Assembly: GCA_965645245.1 (NCBI GenBank)
Contig: OZ287067.1
Span: forward strand, 558,001 to 622,000
Source of the DNA: Massalongia carnosa
Lineage: Eukaryota
Length of the DNA: 64,000 nt
Reading direction: 5' to 3'
Shown here: one piece after another, positions 38,105 to 49,398 of the stretch
How positions within the stretch are numbered: position 1 is the first letter of the stretch
How the letters are laid out: each line of letters opens with the position of its first letter
Made by a program: the position numbers and the translations under genes
The notes under the pieces: model-generated
Told to the model about the DNA's origin: nothing
What the model saw: the letters and a program-made list of their open reading frames with translations, nothing else
Database searches by the model: none

Positions 38105-39151
38105 GCGCTACTGGAGGAATCATTGCATTTTTTTTGGGCAAGCTCCGAGGAAATTTATAATGATATGGCAATAACGCTGAATGTCGGATAAAACGATGTG
38201 TCCTGATATGGCGTCGGGGGATACTGCTGGAGGCTTTGTTTTTTTTTCTGTGCATAGCTTCTGATATTGGTCCGGTTTCCGACAGCGAACAAGGAAAGGG
38301 ATGCGCATTTTGCAGTCGTCAAAGGTTCACGGGACAATTCTTTCTATAAACCTAGTTTGCTTTTCTGATGACAGCACGCAACACACACTTCTCGTTCATC
38401 CTTATTTTAGTCCATAGCCGGTGGTGAATCCTAAAGTACTTTTTAATTTTCATTAAGTCTTTTACAGTCCCTAAGGCGAAGCCTAAATCAGTGACTGAAA
38501 TCCACCCAAGACGACAGCTATTATTACACATCAGGAGGGGTACGCCATGAAACATATTTACTTAAAAGGTCTAAAAATTATGCATTTACATCGTTAACGT
38601 TACAATCATCTTGCAAAGCTCTAACGTTGCTGCATTTACCCATAGTCATATGCTCACATGCTTAAACAAATGCTTAGAAGGTTAGCCATGTGGCAGCCCT
38701 CGAAGAACTTAGGGTATCGTATTTCAAAAAGGGGCCTCCCTTTGCCTGAAACCTGTCTTGTGTTCTTCCCTTGAGGGCATTTCCAGTACCCTAAATACCG
38801 CGGAGGTCAAATGAGTCACGTGGATAGATACCCCGCCATCCTTGCTCTTTTGACGGCAGATGACTGGACGACTGAATGACTTGGATGACATGCTCAACAT
38901 TTCCATTTATCTTCATCCATCACACTCTCCTTAGCAACCAGCGATTTTGTCATCTGCCTTCGACTATCCACTATGGAATTAACTGCATCTGATCAATATG
39001 CATAGATCCCATGGCGTGTTCACCTGTTCGTTGTCTGCCCCCTATATCTTCATCTCTCCTGCACAAACCCGAGGGAGAAACACCAGTGCCGGACAAGGAC
39101 AAGGACATCCGGGGAGGCGACGGAGAACGATAAAAGAAGGTTTGCAGCATC

Positions 39152-40516
39152 ATGAATCCCGACGGTACACCCAAGGTGCCGAGCGCCGATATGGAAGGCG
39201 TGTGGATAAGAGCGATCCTGGAGAGGAAGAGAAAACAAACCGATCGCGAGATTAGAGAGTTCACGGCGGAGAAAGAGAAGGATTACATTGCGTTTGAGCG
39301 AAGATTGCGCGCTGGAGGCCAATACGATAGGCCGGTTTCGTTTTCACCAAAGGATGTTGCCAACAGTTCAAAGAGACCCCACGAAGACAGGGAAACGCAA
39401 GGATTGCCCGGCTTGAAAGAAAAAGGAGATGGCTACACCATCGAAGGGTTAGCTTCTCTATCACATGCCAATGGCCTTCATCGGTCACCCGGAACGTCTG
39501 AATTCAGCAGGGAGGTAGAGATGGGAAGCGATGGGTACAGAGATAATGATCAACAGGTGGAGCTAAAAGATGGTGGTAGGAGCATGCTTGAGAAGGTCGT
39601 CGATTTGCGGAACCGAGAGGTCGAGTTTCAAGGCCTTTTCACCCCCAGTTATCTCCCGCTTCTGGATAGCTCAACCCACGGTCAGGAGATAACGTCCAGG
39701 AAACCGCCTCTGACGATTTCAGTCAAGCCAGACATGCTTACCACGCCAATGCATGACTCCAAACCGGTCCTTTCGTCTTCAGCAACATTGGCTACTTCCA
39801 CCATCGGCTCAATGTCACCGCCAGCAACCCGCCAATTCTCAGCTAGCGTCCCTAAGGAAGGGTCATTGGAGCATCGGCGATCCTCGTCAAGATCAGACAC
39901 ATCCAGCGCCAGTCTCCGCAGTAGCCTTCGAGATCCAAAGCAGCCACGGTCTCCGAAGAGAGTGTTGTTTTCCATTGATGACGTCGTAGTGGCCCCAAGT
40001 ACATCCCCCGCTTTTCGGCGGACGAAATCATCACGAAAACTTCGCTCATTCGTCGTCTCCAACGTGTCTCAAGGCTTCGAAAATACAGCCGCAGGCACGC
40101 ACAGGGACGACACCTACAGCAGGGAACAGGGAATCCGCACTTATTTCGATCCCCTCAACAACAATAACAACCCTCCACAAATTGGCCCTGTAGAGGGTCG
40201 AGAATACACCAGCGGCCCATCCCACACCTCGCTCGATATCATCACTTCATCGTCTCCCCCGACCACCGGCGACGATTTCGAGCGCGTGAATTACGACGAC
40301 GACCTATTCACCTTCGACGAAGACATGGGCCTTGGGGAACTCGAGCACGCCGACGGCGGGAAGGCCGGGGACGCAGGCGTGGGATTCGGCTCCGACGATG
40401 AGGACGATGAAGTTAGCGGAGGCAAAGCGGCCGTGGTGGAGCCGTCGAGTTCCCCGCACGCCGGCAGTCTGCCTATCGAGATCAGGTGGCCCGCGAAACC
40501 GGATCCGAGGAAGTGA
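39152..40516 (+). CDS. Hypothetical protein (454 aa, largely disordered)
   Basis: Long ORF with good start context (gcatcATG); coiled-coil N-terminus, islands EFQGLFTPSYLPLLD, SPKRVLFSI, LFTFDEDM, AGSLPIEIRWP. Confidence 0.75.
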   Translation: MNPDGTPKVPSADMEGVWIRAILERKRKQTDREIREFTAEKEKDYIAFERRLRAGGQYDRPVSFSPKDVANSSKRPHEDRETQGLPGLKEKGDGYTIEGLASLSHANGLHRSPGTSEFSREVEMGSDGYRDNDQQVELKDGGRSMLEKVVDLRNREVEFQGLFTPSYLPLLDSSTHGQEITSRKPPLTISVKPDMLTTPMHDSKPVLSSSATLATSTIGSMSPPATRQFSASVPKEGSLEHRRSSSRSDTSSASLRSSLRDPKQPRSPKRVLFSIDDVVVAPSTSPAFRRTKSSRKLRSFVVSNVSQGFENTAAGTHRDDTYSREQGIRTYFDPLNNNNNPPQIGPVEGREYTSGPSHTSLDIITSSSPPTTGDDFERVNYDDDLFTFDEDMGLGELEHADGGKAGDAGVGFGSDDEDDEVSGGKAAVVEPSSSPHAGSLPIEIRWPAKPDPRK

Positions 40517-41679
40517 GGAGGTGGAGGTTGGTAGTTGCGGAGGAGGAGGAGGAGGCCGTCGTTACTTATCGGTAGATAGATACCCGGCTGTTTGTGGGAA
40601 AGGGGGGGAAGGGAGATGGTAGGTACGTTTATACATACATCCACCTATCCATCCATCCGTGGACTGATAGCGACGGGGCGTTGGGTATGTAAATACCTAT
40701 GTAAGTAAGTGCATTGCTCGCTTCCGGTGCCCTGTATTGTTACATTATACTATACTATACTATATACCCCAAATCATAATACTTACTACATGTGGTGCGC
40801 TTTCCCTTGGGCTCGACTCGACTCAACTTGACTTGACTCGAGTTCATTCTTGTGCCTCTTCTTTCTTTCTTTATCCTTATCCTTCGTTTCTTCGTTCCTT
40901 TTATTTTATCTACCGTTTCTTTATGTCTTTCTTTAGTGTTTCTTTCTTTCCTTTCCTTCTTCCTCCCATCACCCCATTTTTCACTTCTTATTCAGCAAAA
41001 GCCCGGACCTCTGCAATTACTTGGCGCTAAAAAAAACAGAATAGAGCAGAACGACTTCTTTCCCTATGTGATGACTGATTTATTCATTTACTTGTTTGTT
41101 TGGTTTTGTTTTGATTTGTGTGCTTGGTTTGGTTGATCCGTTGTCCGTTTATGTGAATTTCGGTTGTGTTCCGGTTTCATGACTTTTACATTTTTATTTC
41201 TCCCGGCTGATGCTTCTTTTATTATAACGGTGGGTAGTAAGTCAACAGTGAGTAATCTGGATTAACCCTTTCGTAAAAAATACAAAACACACATTAACCC
41301 TACTCCTCAACATCTCTCTCTTTCTCTTTTCCTCTTTTCTTTTTCTAGAAATCCGTTGCGTTTCCCTTATTCCCCATCCCCCATCCCCCTTGCTCTTGCT
41401 CTTCCTCTCGCTCTCAAAACAAGCACACCATCCCGCTCCCATCTACCGAAAACCCACATCTCTCCAACTTCCCCCTCCTATCAGGGAGGAAAAAAACTCG
41501 CTTTTCCCTTAAACCTCCAACCTCCAACTTCCAACCTCCCCCCCTTTCAAGGACACTGCTATCTGTTATCCAGATTTCCGTCCCCTATCCGCCTAGAAGA
41601 ACTCCCACCCTTTTTCTTTTTCTTTCTTCAATAAATAAAGAAAAAGAAAGAAAGAAGAAAAAGATCCAAAAAACAGAAC

Positions 41680-42558
41680 ATGGCTCCTCCCAACTCCTGG
41701 CCTCCGGGCGCCAAGCAATCAAACAATCTCTTTACTCCGTCACACTTCCCGCCCCAAGGCCAAGTACATCGGTACTTTCCCAACCCCAACCCCCCTTCCG
41801 CACCTTATCGCCGCCCCGCCCTATCCCTCTCCCTATCCCGATCCTTCCAGCCGATCCAAAACCCTTCTGGCAACCCCCCCGGCAGCAGCAGCAGCAGCGC
41901 GCACCACCCGGCCCTGCAACCCCGATCCCAGCAGCAGCAGCAGCAGCAGCGGCAACGCTATCACGGCCGCCTGCGCGAATACCACCGCCGGCCGCACGAG
42001 CAGTTGCTTTTGCAGCGGCGGCGGTACGAGGCTGTGGGGATGTTGACGGAGATGGAGGGGTTGAGGATGTTTACACGGTTTTTTGACGAGGAGGAGGAGG
42101 TGGTGGAGGGGTGGGAAGGGGAGAGGGGTTTGGTTGCGGAAATCTCGCCTCCTTTTCCGGCGCTAGCGGTAGCAGCAGTAACAGCAACAACACCCCCCCA
42201 TGCCGAAAACGGCACCCGCGAGTTCCCGCTTCTCGACCCCGCCGCCGCATCCACCACCGCCGTTGCTGCTACTAATGCGATGATGATGATGATGATGATG
42301 ATGATGAGGATGCCAGATCGGGCGGCGCTGCAGAGTCTACCGCCCGGACCTTTTTGTGGTGAAGACGCGGGGGGTGTTGGCATGGGTAGGGGTAGGGATC
42401 AGGGTCGGGATCGGGATTGGGATTGTGGCCCTGCACCGGATCGAGACGGCCGAGTGCGCAATCCGCAGGGCGTGGAGGAGGTGATGTCCGCGGAGGAGTT
42501 TTTCTGGTGGTCGGGCGTTGGTATGGGTGGGCGATGGGCGGTGGGCGGTGGGCGGTAG
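41680..42558 (+). CDS. Possible low-complexity orphan ORF
   Basis: 292-aa ORF with good start context (agaacATGG) but built from CAG, ATG and GGGATC-like repeats; no recognisable domain. Confidence 0.25.
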   Translation: MAPPNSWPPGAKQSNNLFTPSHFPPQGQVHRYFPNPNPPSAPYRRPALSLSLSRSFQPIQNPSGNPPGSSSSSAHHPALQPRSQQQQQQQRQRYHGRLREYHRRPHEQLLLQRRRYEAVGMLTEMEGLRMFTRFFDEEEEVVEGWEGERGLVAEISPPFPALAVAAVTATTPPHAENGTREFPLLDPAAASTTAVAATNAMMMMMMMMMRMPDRAALQSLPPGPFCGEDAGGVGMGRGRDQGRDRDWDCGPAPDRDGRVRNPQGVEEVMSAEEFFWWSGVGMGGRWAVGGGR

Positions 42559-45500
42559 GAGATGACAGGAGAATGGAAAGGCTTGGGGAGGGGAGTGGAA
42601 GGGGAGGGGTGGAAGGAAAGAATCCGGGGGATGCAATGAAAGGGGGGCTTGGAAAGGGGAGGGGGGTGATTCTCCTACGTAATGTCGTGAATACATACAT
42701 AAAAGTGGAAATGGAGAGGGGAGGAGGGAGATTGCGTGATTGCGTGATTGTTATGCCAGGCTAGGGAAAAGGAGAGGTAGATGGTTTGGAGATAGAAGAA
42801 TCATCCTGTTGGGGGGGGGGGGGGGACAGGACAGTAGCAAACCTTCTGTCTAGTGGTGTGGTGCTGCGCGCATCTGGGGCTGGGGCTGGAGCTGCTGCGG
42901 GTACGGAGGGAAAAGGTGTGCAGAAGGATGACGAAGAATTAAGGAGGAATTTTTTACTCGTCTCAACGGATCTTTGGGGTATGTCTCCGGAGCGTTCTTG
43001 CTTCAGCAAAAGCTAGTGCTACAGTGTGGAAAAGACGTCGACGGGTCGTATTGTTGCGTTGTCCATATACATGACGATGGGTAAGGCAGGAGAAGCTTTT
43101 ACGCGAACAGTAGTGAAGCAGCCGAAGGGACCTCTCTTTCTGAGTGGATGTTGCTTAAAGCTGTAGAGAAAAGGGAGGCTGTAAAAAAAACCTTCCTTAT
43201 TCGAGTAAGACTTTTGGGCTTTAGGTATTATGATTCAGGACTGCGCGAGCTCTGAAGCAGGGTGCAAGAAATCGCCATTTCCTCCAGAAGCGAAATACTT
43301 TGTTCAAGGCTTTGAGCTTTGCTCAGCCTTGTTCAAATGGTCGTGGAGTATTCTTCTGGACGCTATAACGAACGATAGAGTAAAGAGAGAGATGAGAGAT
43401 AGTTGCCCCAGCGATTGCTTCGGTAAAACCCTTACATGGCCGCAAATGCTACTGCTGGCTTGGCCCACCCTTCGCTAACTACCTGTCGAGCTGGTTAATC
43501 TAAAGTCATTGATCCGAGCTAACGTACATCCTGTTTCAAGAGGGATGAATGCAAGCTCTTCCATAGAACAGCAGGGTAATTTTTTCCATCGCTTTCCAAG
43601 GATCGCCTGTAAGTTTCTCCCTGACTGTGATTGTGCGTTTTAAATTGTCCGTTAAGGACTTATTCTTCAACTACACATTCAGCCGTCTTGATGAGCGGTG
43701 AGGTTCAAGGCAGGTCTTGGGGGGGATCCAGTAATCGTGCCATCGCGTAGTTTCAGATATCTAAACAGCAGAGTGGGTGGGTCTCGGAAAGGCAAAATCT
43801 AGACTGCCGTGATTGTAGTGGTTGCAAAGGCGAAGCCAGACTCGTGGCGGCAAGCGACACGACGTTAAGTAAGCTCAACCGCATAGTACATGAAGTAGTC
43901 TTGTCTTGATTAGATTTCGTCGAAGAGTCAACAGCAGATGTGGTGAGATGATGGTGGAGGAGGAGGTGGTGAAAACCATGTCATTCTAAACGGAACTAGG
44001 ACCTGTCGAAGGCAAGTTACGCCGAGAGAATTCGACGTCATCATTCAACCTTATCTGAACGACTATGTCGATTATAAAGACATTTTAGAACTCGTACTTG
44101 CTCGGACTCGTCGGGAGGACGTGGTGGGGGGCGTAACATGGAGCCTCTCCTCTTGTGCAGTACCTTCAGCCAAGTAGCTTCGAGCTTAGCGGCTGAGACA
44201 CAAAGCTAGAAGAGTGTGAATTGATTAGATTTCATAGGAACAAACGAGACCATACAATTAATTATGCATAGTGATTTTGTAGATGGAAGTTGCGTCCTAC
44301 CAAGGCTTGTTCCGTGAAAGGGAGGACAGCTCGCTCGCAGTATGAGTTTAAGCAATACCAAACAGATGGCCAAGAAAAGAATGGCAGAGTTGCTACAAAT
44401 ACAGATTTACAGGACACAACTGCACGACAAGCCCAAGATGATTGACCTGATCGAATAAATCATAAGTTAAAATCACAGTCGATGAAGGACTAGCGCCCAA
44501 TCTCGCTCAACCTCCTCCAAGTGAGATCTCGCTCATCGGTTACGAAGAACCAATCTGAGACCCGCACGGAAGTTTATAAAGATGCAAGCTTAGAGAAGAA
44601 GAAGAGCACTTGGTAGAGCGCCAAAACTTGTAATGAAGGAAGGGCGAAATCAGTCTGTATCGGAAGGGGATAGAGAGTTGTACAAGATTCAGGAACAAAC
44701 GATCTCTGACCGTGCTTCTAAGGGTTCATACATCTTATCAGATGTTCTCCCCGAAGCCGAATTAGGCCAGAAACCACTGATTCTTCCCCCCTATCAGGGC
44801 TAGACTTTGCTTGAAATGATATGTCTGGCTTCAAGATTCTAAGCTTGATGGTCAATAGGCCGTATAGAAAAAAAACGTCGATATTTGGAATTCTTCACAT
44901 GCCTTGTTATGAAGCTAATTAAATAAATTCCTGATCTTGGATCTCTCCTAGCTGGAATCTTTTGCATACTTCAAAGCCTTAAGGGCAATTCCGAGAATCA
45001 TGTGATCACGCATTGACTCAAATCACCTGCTTTCTACAGCCCTGCTGCCCCAGACTTGAGCATAAGCAGCAAATGATTGGCAGTATCAAGAAGTAATGTA
45101 CTAAAAAGCCTGAAGCGGTTGGTATAACAGGTAGCAAAGGAAAACTTGTAAGGAAAGAGGAAGATTGGTGTCCAACGACTCAAAGCAGAGGAGCCCCAAA
45201 GACAACGGCTAGATGTGTAGGGAGTCAGTCAAAGGTTTAGGTGAGGCCAGGCGATTGTGGATTATCCCTTCGAGTTCAGGGGTTTTATTTAAATAGATGT
45301 GTCGAGGTTTAATGTTCAGGGGTAACAACTAGTATGGATATTTTTCGTGGTTGCAAGTTGCGAGCAGAAGCCATTTGGGGACTAAGGCTGGAATTTTGTC
45401 AAAATAGAGGTTCGATTGCAAACCTTGTGGAGAATCTGAAGCTACCTTTCCTGAACATAGGTTATACCTGCCTTGGAAATCATTGACGCTCGCTCTGAGC

Positions 45501-45655
45501 AACGCATCAAGAAATCCGATATGCTACCCCTATCTCGCAGCCTTGTAGAATACATCCCATACCCAGTATGAGAGTAAGCAACAACAGGCCCAGCATATAA
45601 AAGACCTCAAGAAGATGATTGCGTCAAAGTTGTTTCGATGGCTTGCATTCCTGTC

Positions 45656-46123
45656 TTATTTCTCGCTGCGAGAGGCGAAAACATTACCAGCTTGAACAAT
45701 TAAGTAAAAGCATAATAGAGTGGATGTGGTCCAAATGGCTGTCCGGAAGGCACTGTATTTATTCGAGACTGTACGGATATACACCACATTGTAAATGGCC
45801 CTTAAGGCTAAATATAACCCCGCCACCGTGTTTAACGTGCCTGCCGGTAACGCGGCCACATTTCCCAGGGCTATGGCCGTGAAAAAAACAGGTATATTCT
45901 CCATCCCATTCTTGTGAGCGGCCTCGGCGCGCTCGTACCGACCAAAGACCTCCGCAGGCACGCTCTTTTGAATCTTGTCGTTCCAGAGGCTAGAGCGAGG
46001 GTTTGAATTGTTCCAGCGACCGTTGCTCGCTGCTTTGATTACGGCGATGGCGTAGCTGTGAGGTAAGATCGAGAGGAGATAATAGGCAGGGAGGGCGTAG
46101 ATGGAGTAATTGGTAGATGCCAT
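45656..46123 (-). CDS. MAPEG-family membrane protein (155 aa)
   Basis: NYSIYALPAYYLLSILPH, WNNSNPR, YERAEAAHKNGMENIPVF (RA..AH.N..E motif), YLALRAIYNVVY, FRTAIW; about four hydrophobic segments, intronless. Confidence 0.85.
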   Translation of the reverse strand: MASTNYSIYALPAYYLLSILPHSYAIAVIKAASNGRWNNSNPRSSLWNDKIQKSVPAEVFGRYERAEAAHKNGMENIPVFFTAIALGNVAALPAGTLNTVAGLYLALRAIYNVVYIRTVSNKYSAFRTAIWTTSTLLCFYLIVQAGNVFASRSEK

Positions 46124-46364
46124 GTGAGAAGCGAAGCGATTGGGTAGCTGTAGAAAGTAGGATCAAGAGGGAGATGGATTTTTGAGATTGTACTCTACAG
46201 AAAGGATGGAGATGACCGGAAAGGAAGGAATTGACTAATAATCTTATTTTCGTGTCAGCAGAGTGACGCGACGCTAGGGCGGGACCAGAGATCACGTTTC
46301 ATGTTTCATTATGTCATAGGTAAATACTCGACCCTTTGCGCATTCATGCATCATATTTCACGTA

Positions 46365-48686
46365 ACGTAATTCACTAGTCAACGGGACAAACCGCTCAAC
46401 GGGACTAAGAAAATCCGAAAATATCAATTTTTGGACTATCTTACATGTTGAAACCTTTTCATCATACATTTTCCATACCAAAGTAGCTTCAAATAATAAA
46501 ACTAATCAATATCATCTTATTAAACAGTATAATCATGGCTGTTTGTAAAAAATCGACCTCTAAAAAAACCTCCAAGCTTCCTTCTTCCCACCCCACCTCC
46601 GCGTATCAACAACGATTACAATCAGCTTTTCTGGCCTGGAAACAGACCGACAAGACTCTTTCCATCACGAAGGCAGCTGCTCTGTATGGCGTTTCAAAGT
46701 CTACCCTTCATGCTCGCATTCAGGGTCGTCAACCACGATTTTCATCCGATCAAGTCAGACAGCTGTTGACACCCGAAGAAGAGGACGCTTTGAAGGACTG
46801 GGTTTTACAATTGTACGCCTGGGGCTGGCCTGCTAAAATCGCTCAATTGCGTTAGATGGCCATAGAATTATTGCGAGCAAGGGGAAATCATACTGCCCTT
46901 GGAATTAAGTGGCAACAGCATTTTTTACATCGTCATCCCGATTTGCAGGCCAAATAAAGTCGCACATTGGATCAAGAACGATTATTTGCGGAGAACGAAG
47001 ATATTTTTAAACATTGGTTCGAGCTTTTTCCGTCAAACAAAAACACGGAATTCTTGATGAAGACATCTACAATATGGATGAAAAAGGGTTCATGATGGGG
47101 GTGGCCGCTAGTGCTAAAGTGGTAATATCTAAGCACGAAAAGCAGGCCTTTTCAGCACAATCAGGTAATCGAGAATGGGTGTCATTAATCGAGGCCATTT
47201 CTGCTACTGGACGCAGTCTACCCCTCTTCGTCATTTTCAAAGGGGTAAACAAACTGAAGGCCTGGTTTGATATTCTGGAAGATATTCACAGCGAAATCGC
47301 CACCAGCGATAACGGATGGACAGATAACGAACTAGGTGTCGATTGGTTGAAAAGATGTTTTGAACCTGCTACTGCAAAATATTTACATGGTGATTATCGA
47401 CTTCTGATGGTAGACGGTCATGCTTCTCATATTTCTACTGAATTTATCAAGTTTTGCAATGAAAAGAAAATAATTCCTCTGTGTCTACCTCCTCATACTA
47501 CACATTTACTACAACCTCTAGACGTGAGCGTTTTCGGTCCCTGTCTCGGGAGTATAAAAAACAACTGGAGGCCGTCACTCGATTCAACGTTTGTTCGATT
47601 GACAAGGTGGACTTTTTGAAGATCATACAAAAAGCAAGAAAAGAAGCAATCAACACAAAAAACGTGCTCACTGCGTGGAGAGTCACCGGATTAGTGCCAT
47701 ACAATCCTTCTATAGTTCTTCAGAAACTCACTAATAAACAATCGGTGTTGCGAAAGACTGACAGCATAATTACCACCACCATCACCACCACTACCACTAC
47801 CACCACTTCCACTTTTACGAATGTCGGAATTGATCCGGAGACCACGTCGGTCTCTGACCCTGACACTCCGATAATTCAGAATTCTCAGAAAGCTGTCATC
47901 AAGGTAGGAAAGACACCTGCAAATATCGATCAATTAGATCAATTGATTCGTCGAATTCGATCTGATGAGAATTCAGACTCGACACCCGCCCGAGCGCTAA
48001 ACAAATTGATAAAGGGGGCCAAATACGCCTTTGCCGACTCTACCTTGCTACGAATTACCAACAACGAGCTTCTTCAGGCCAATTTACGGCGGCATCATCG
48101 AGCCAATCGTAGCGGGGCTCACTATGGTGGAAAGGCTCGAGTCCTGAGCCTCGAAGACGTTCAACAAAGACAGCAATAGGCTAAAAATCAACAGAAGGTG
48201 AAGGATGACAAAAAGAAGGCCGCTCAGTTGAAACGAGCGGAGCAGGATCTTATCAAAACCTTCAGAGAAATGTGTCGATTTGGGCCTGATTTACTAGGAC
48301 AAACGTCTACATCCCCTACGAAAAGTCCTCAAAAAATTCCCTGTAATTCACAAAGAAGGCCTGTAAGTCCTTCAAAAGAATGTTTGTTACCCCCCTTCAT
48401 GCTTCATCCAATCACGGAGGTGACAGAGACGGTGGAAGGGGCAAAGGAGGTGGTGGAGGTGGTTGAGGTGGTGAAGGAGGTTCAAACTACCAGACGGGGT
48501 CGTATTGTTCGTCTACCACGTAAAATGGGATTATTTTAGTAAACTTACATGTAGATGATCATTATTTTTACAATTATTAGACATTGAAGCCGAAACTGTA
48601 TGTAAAATGGGTGGGAGGCTTCAAGAATTAAGCGAAATTTAGTTAGTCCCGTTGAGCGGTTTGTCCCGTTGACTAGTGAATTAAGA
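46365..48686 (+). mobile_element. pogo/Fot1-type DNA transposon, inactivated
   Basis: Perfect 41-bp inverted repeats 46368-46408 / 48643-48683, each with two TCAACGGGAC units. Left end TA|ACGT; right tip altered. Confidence 0.95.
46535..48539 (+). pseudogene. Fot1-like transposase (HTH psq, CENP-B HTH, DDE_1) with stops and frameshifts
   Basis: SITKAAALYGVSKSTL, LTPEEEDAL, IYNMDEKGF, GWTDNELG, LMVDGHASH, LPPHTTHLLQPLDV. Stops at 46853, 46955, 48177; frameshifts near 47025 and 47540. Confidence 0.93.
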
Positions 48687-49398
48687 TGGAAAGGTTGGCT
48701 AACGGTCACCTCGAAGGCAACATTTGCCTTTCGCCAAGAGACAAGGTTTCAGCGCGCAGCACGTCAGATTGTCAGCAAAACTACCTCAGTTGCTCCGCTA
48801 TGCAAGTCAGAAAGTTTGCGTCTCTAACAATGGCTAAATGATTGAGCTGGCAATGGCCGATGAGTTCGATAAAGCTTGGAGGTTTCTAATCATTGGCTCG
48901 GCAAATCCTGCCAAAAGTCTTCGCTGATGCCTATCCATGTCGTTTCTGGTATCGTCAGCCTTGTCAGACAGCCACAGCTTACGAGGGGACCTTGGGGCGG
49001 GCATGGGGGGATTCAAGAATGTGAATGGGAAAATGTTAATGGCTGCCGCAAGATCGATGTCTGGAAAGGTGGGCTGATGTTGGTATTGAGCGATGTGTGA
49101 TTCGTCATGACCCTCCATTTTTGGCTATATCGTGATATGCAGGTTTGATATGTTGGCTTTCGGGAGAAGGTCGGGGATTGGAGTGGATACGTAAGATTGC
49201 TGTACTCCCAACGGTATTGAGACCTCTTTGTCTATTTCGTCTGTTGCTTATTCAAGCTCTCTCATTTCATACATCATCGAAGCGTCTTCTGTTCCTTTCT
49301 ACTAGCCTCCCCTTCCCCTCCCCCCCCCCCCCCCAAATTTCCCCTCCCACCTCCCTGGCAGCTTCAAAGCTGAGTCTTGTCTCCTCCGACCCAAAGAA

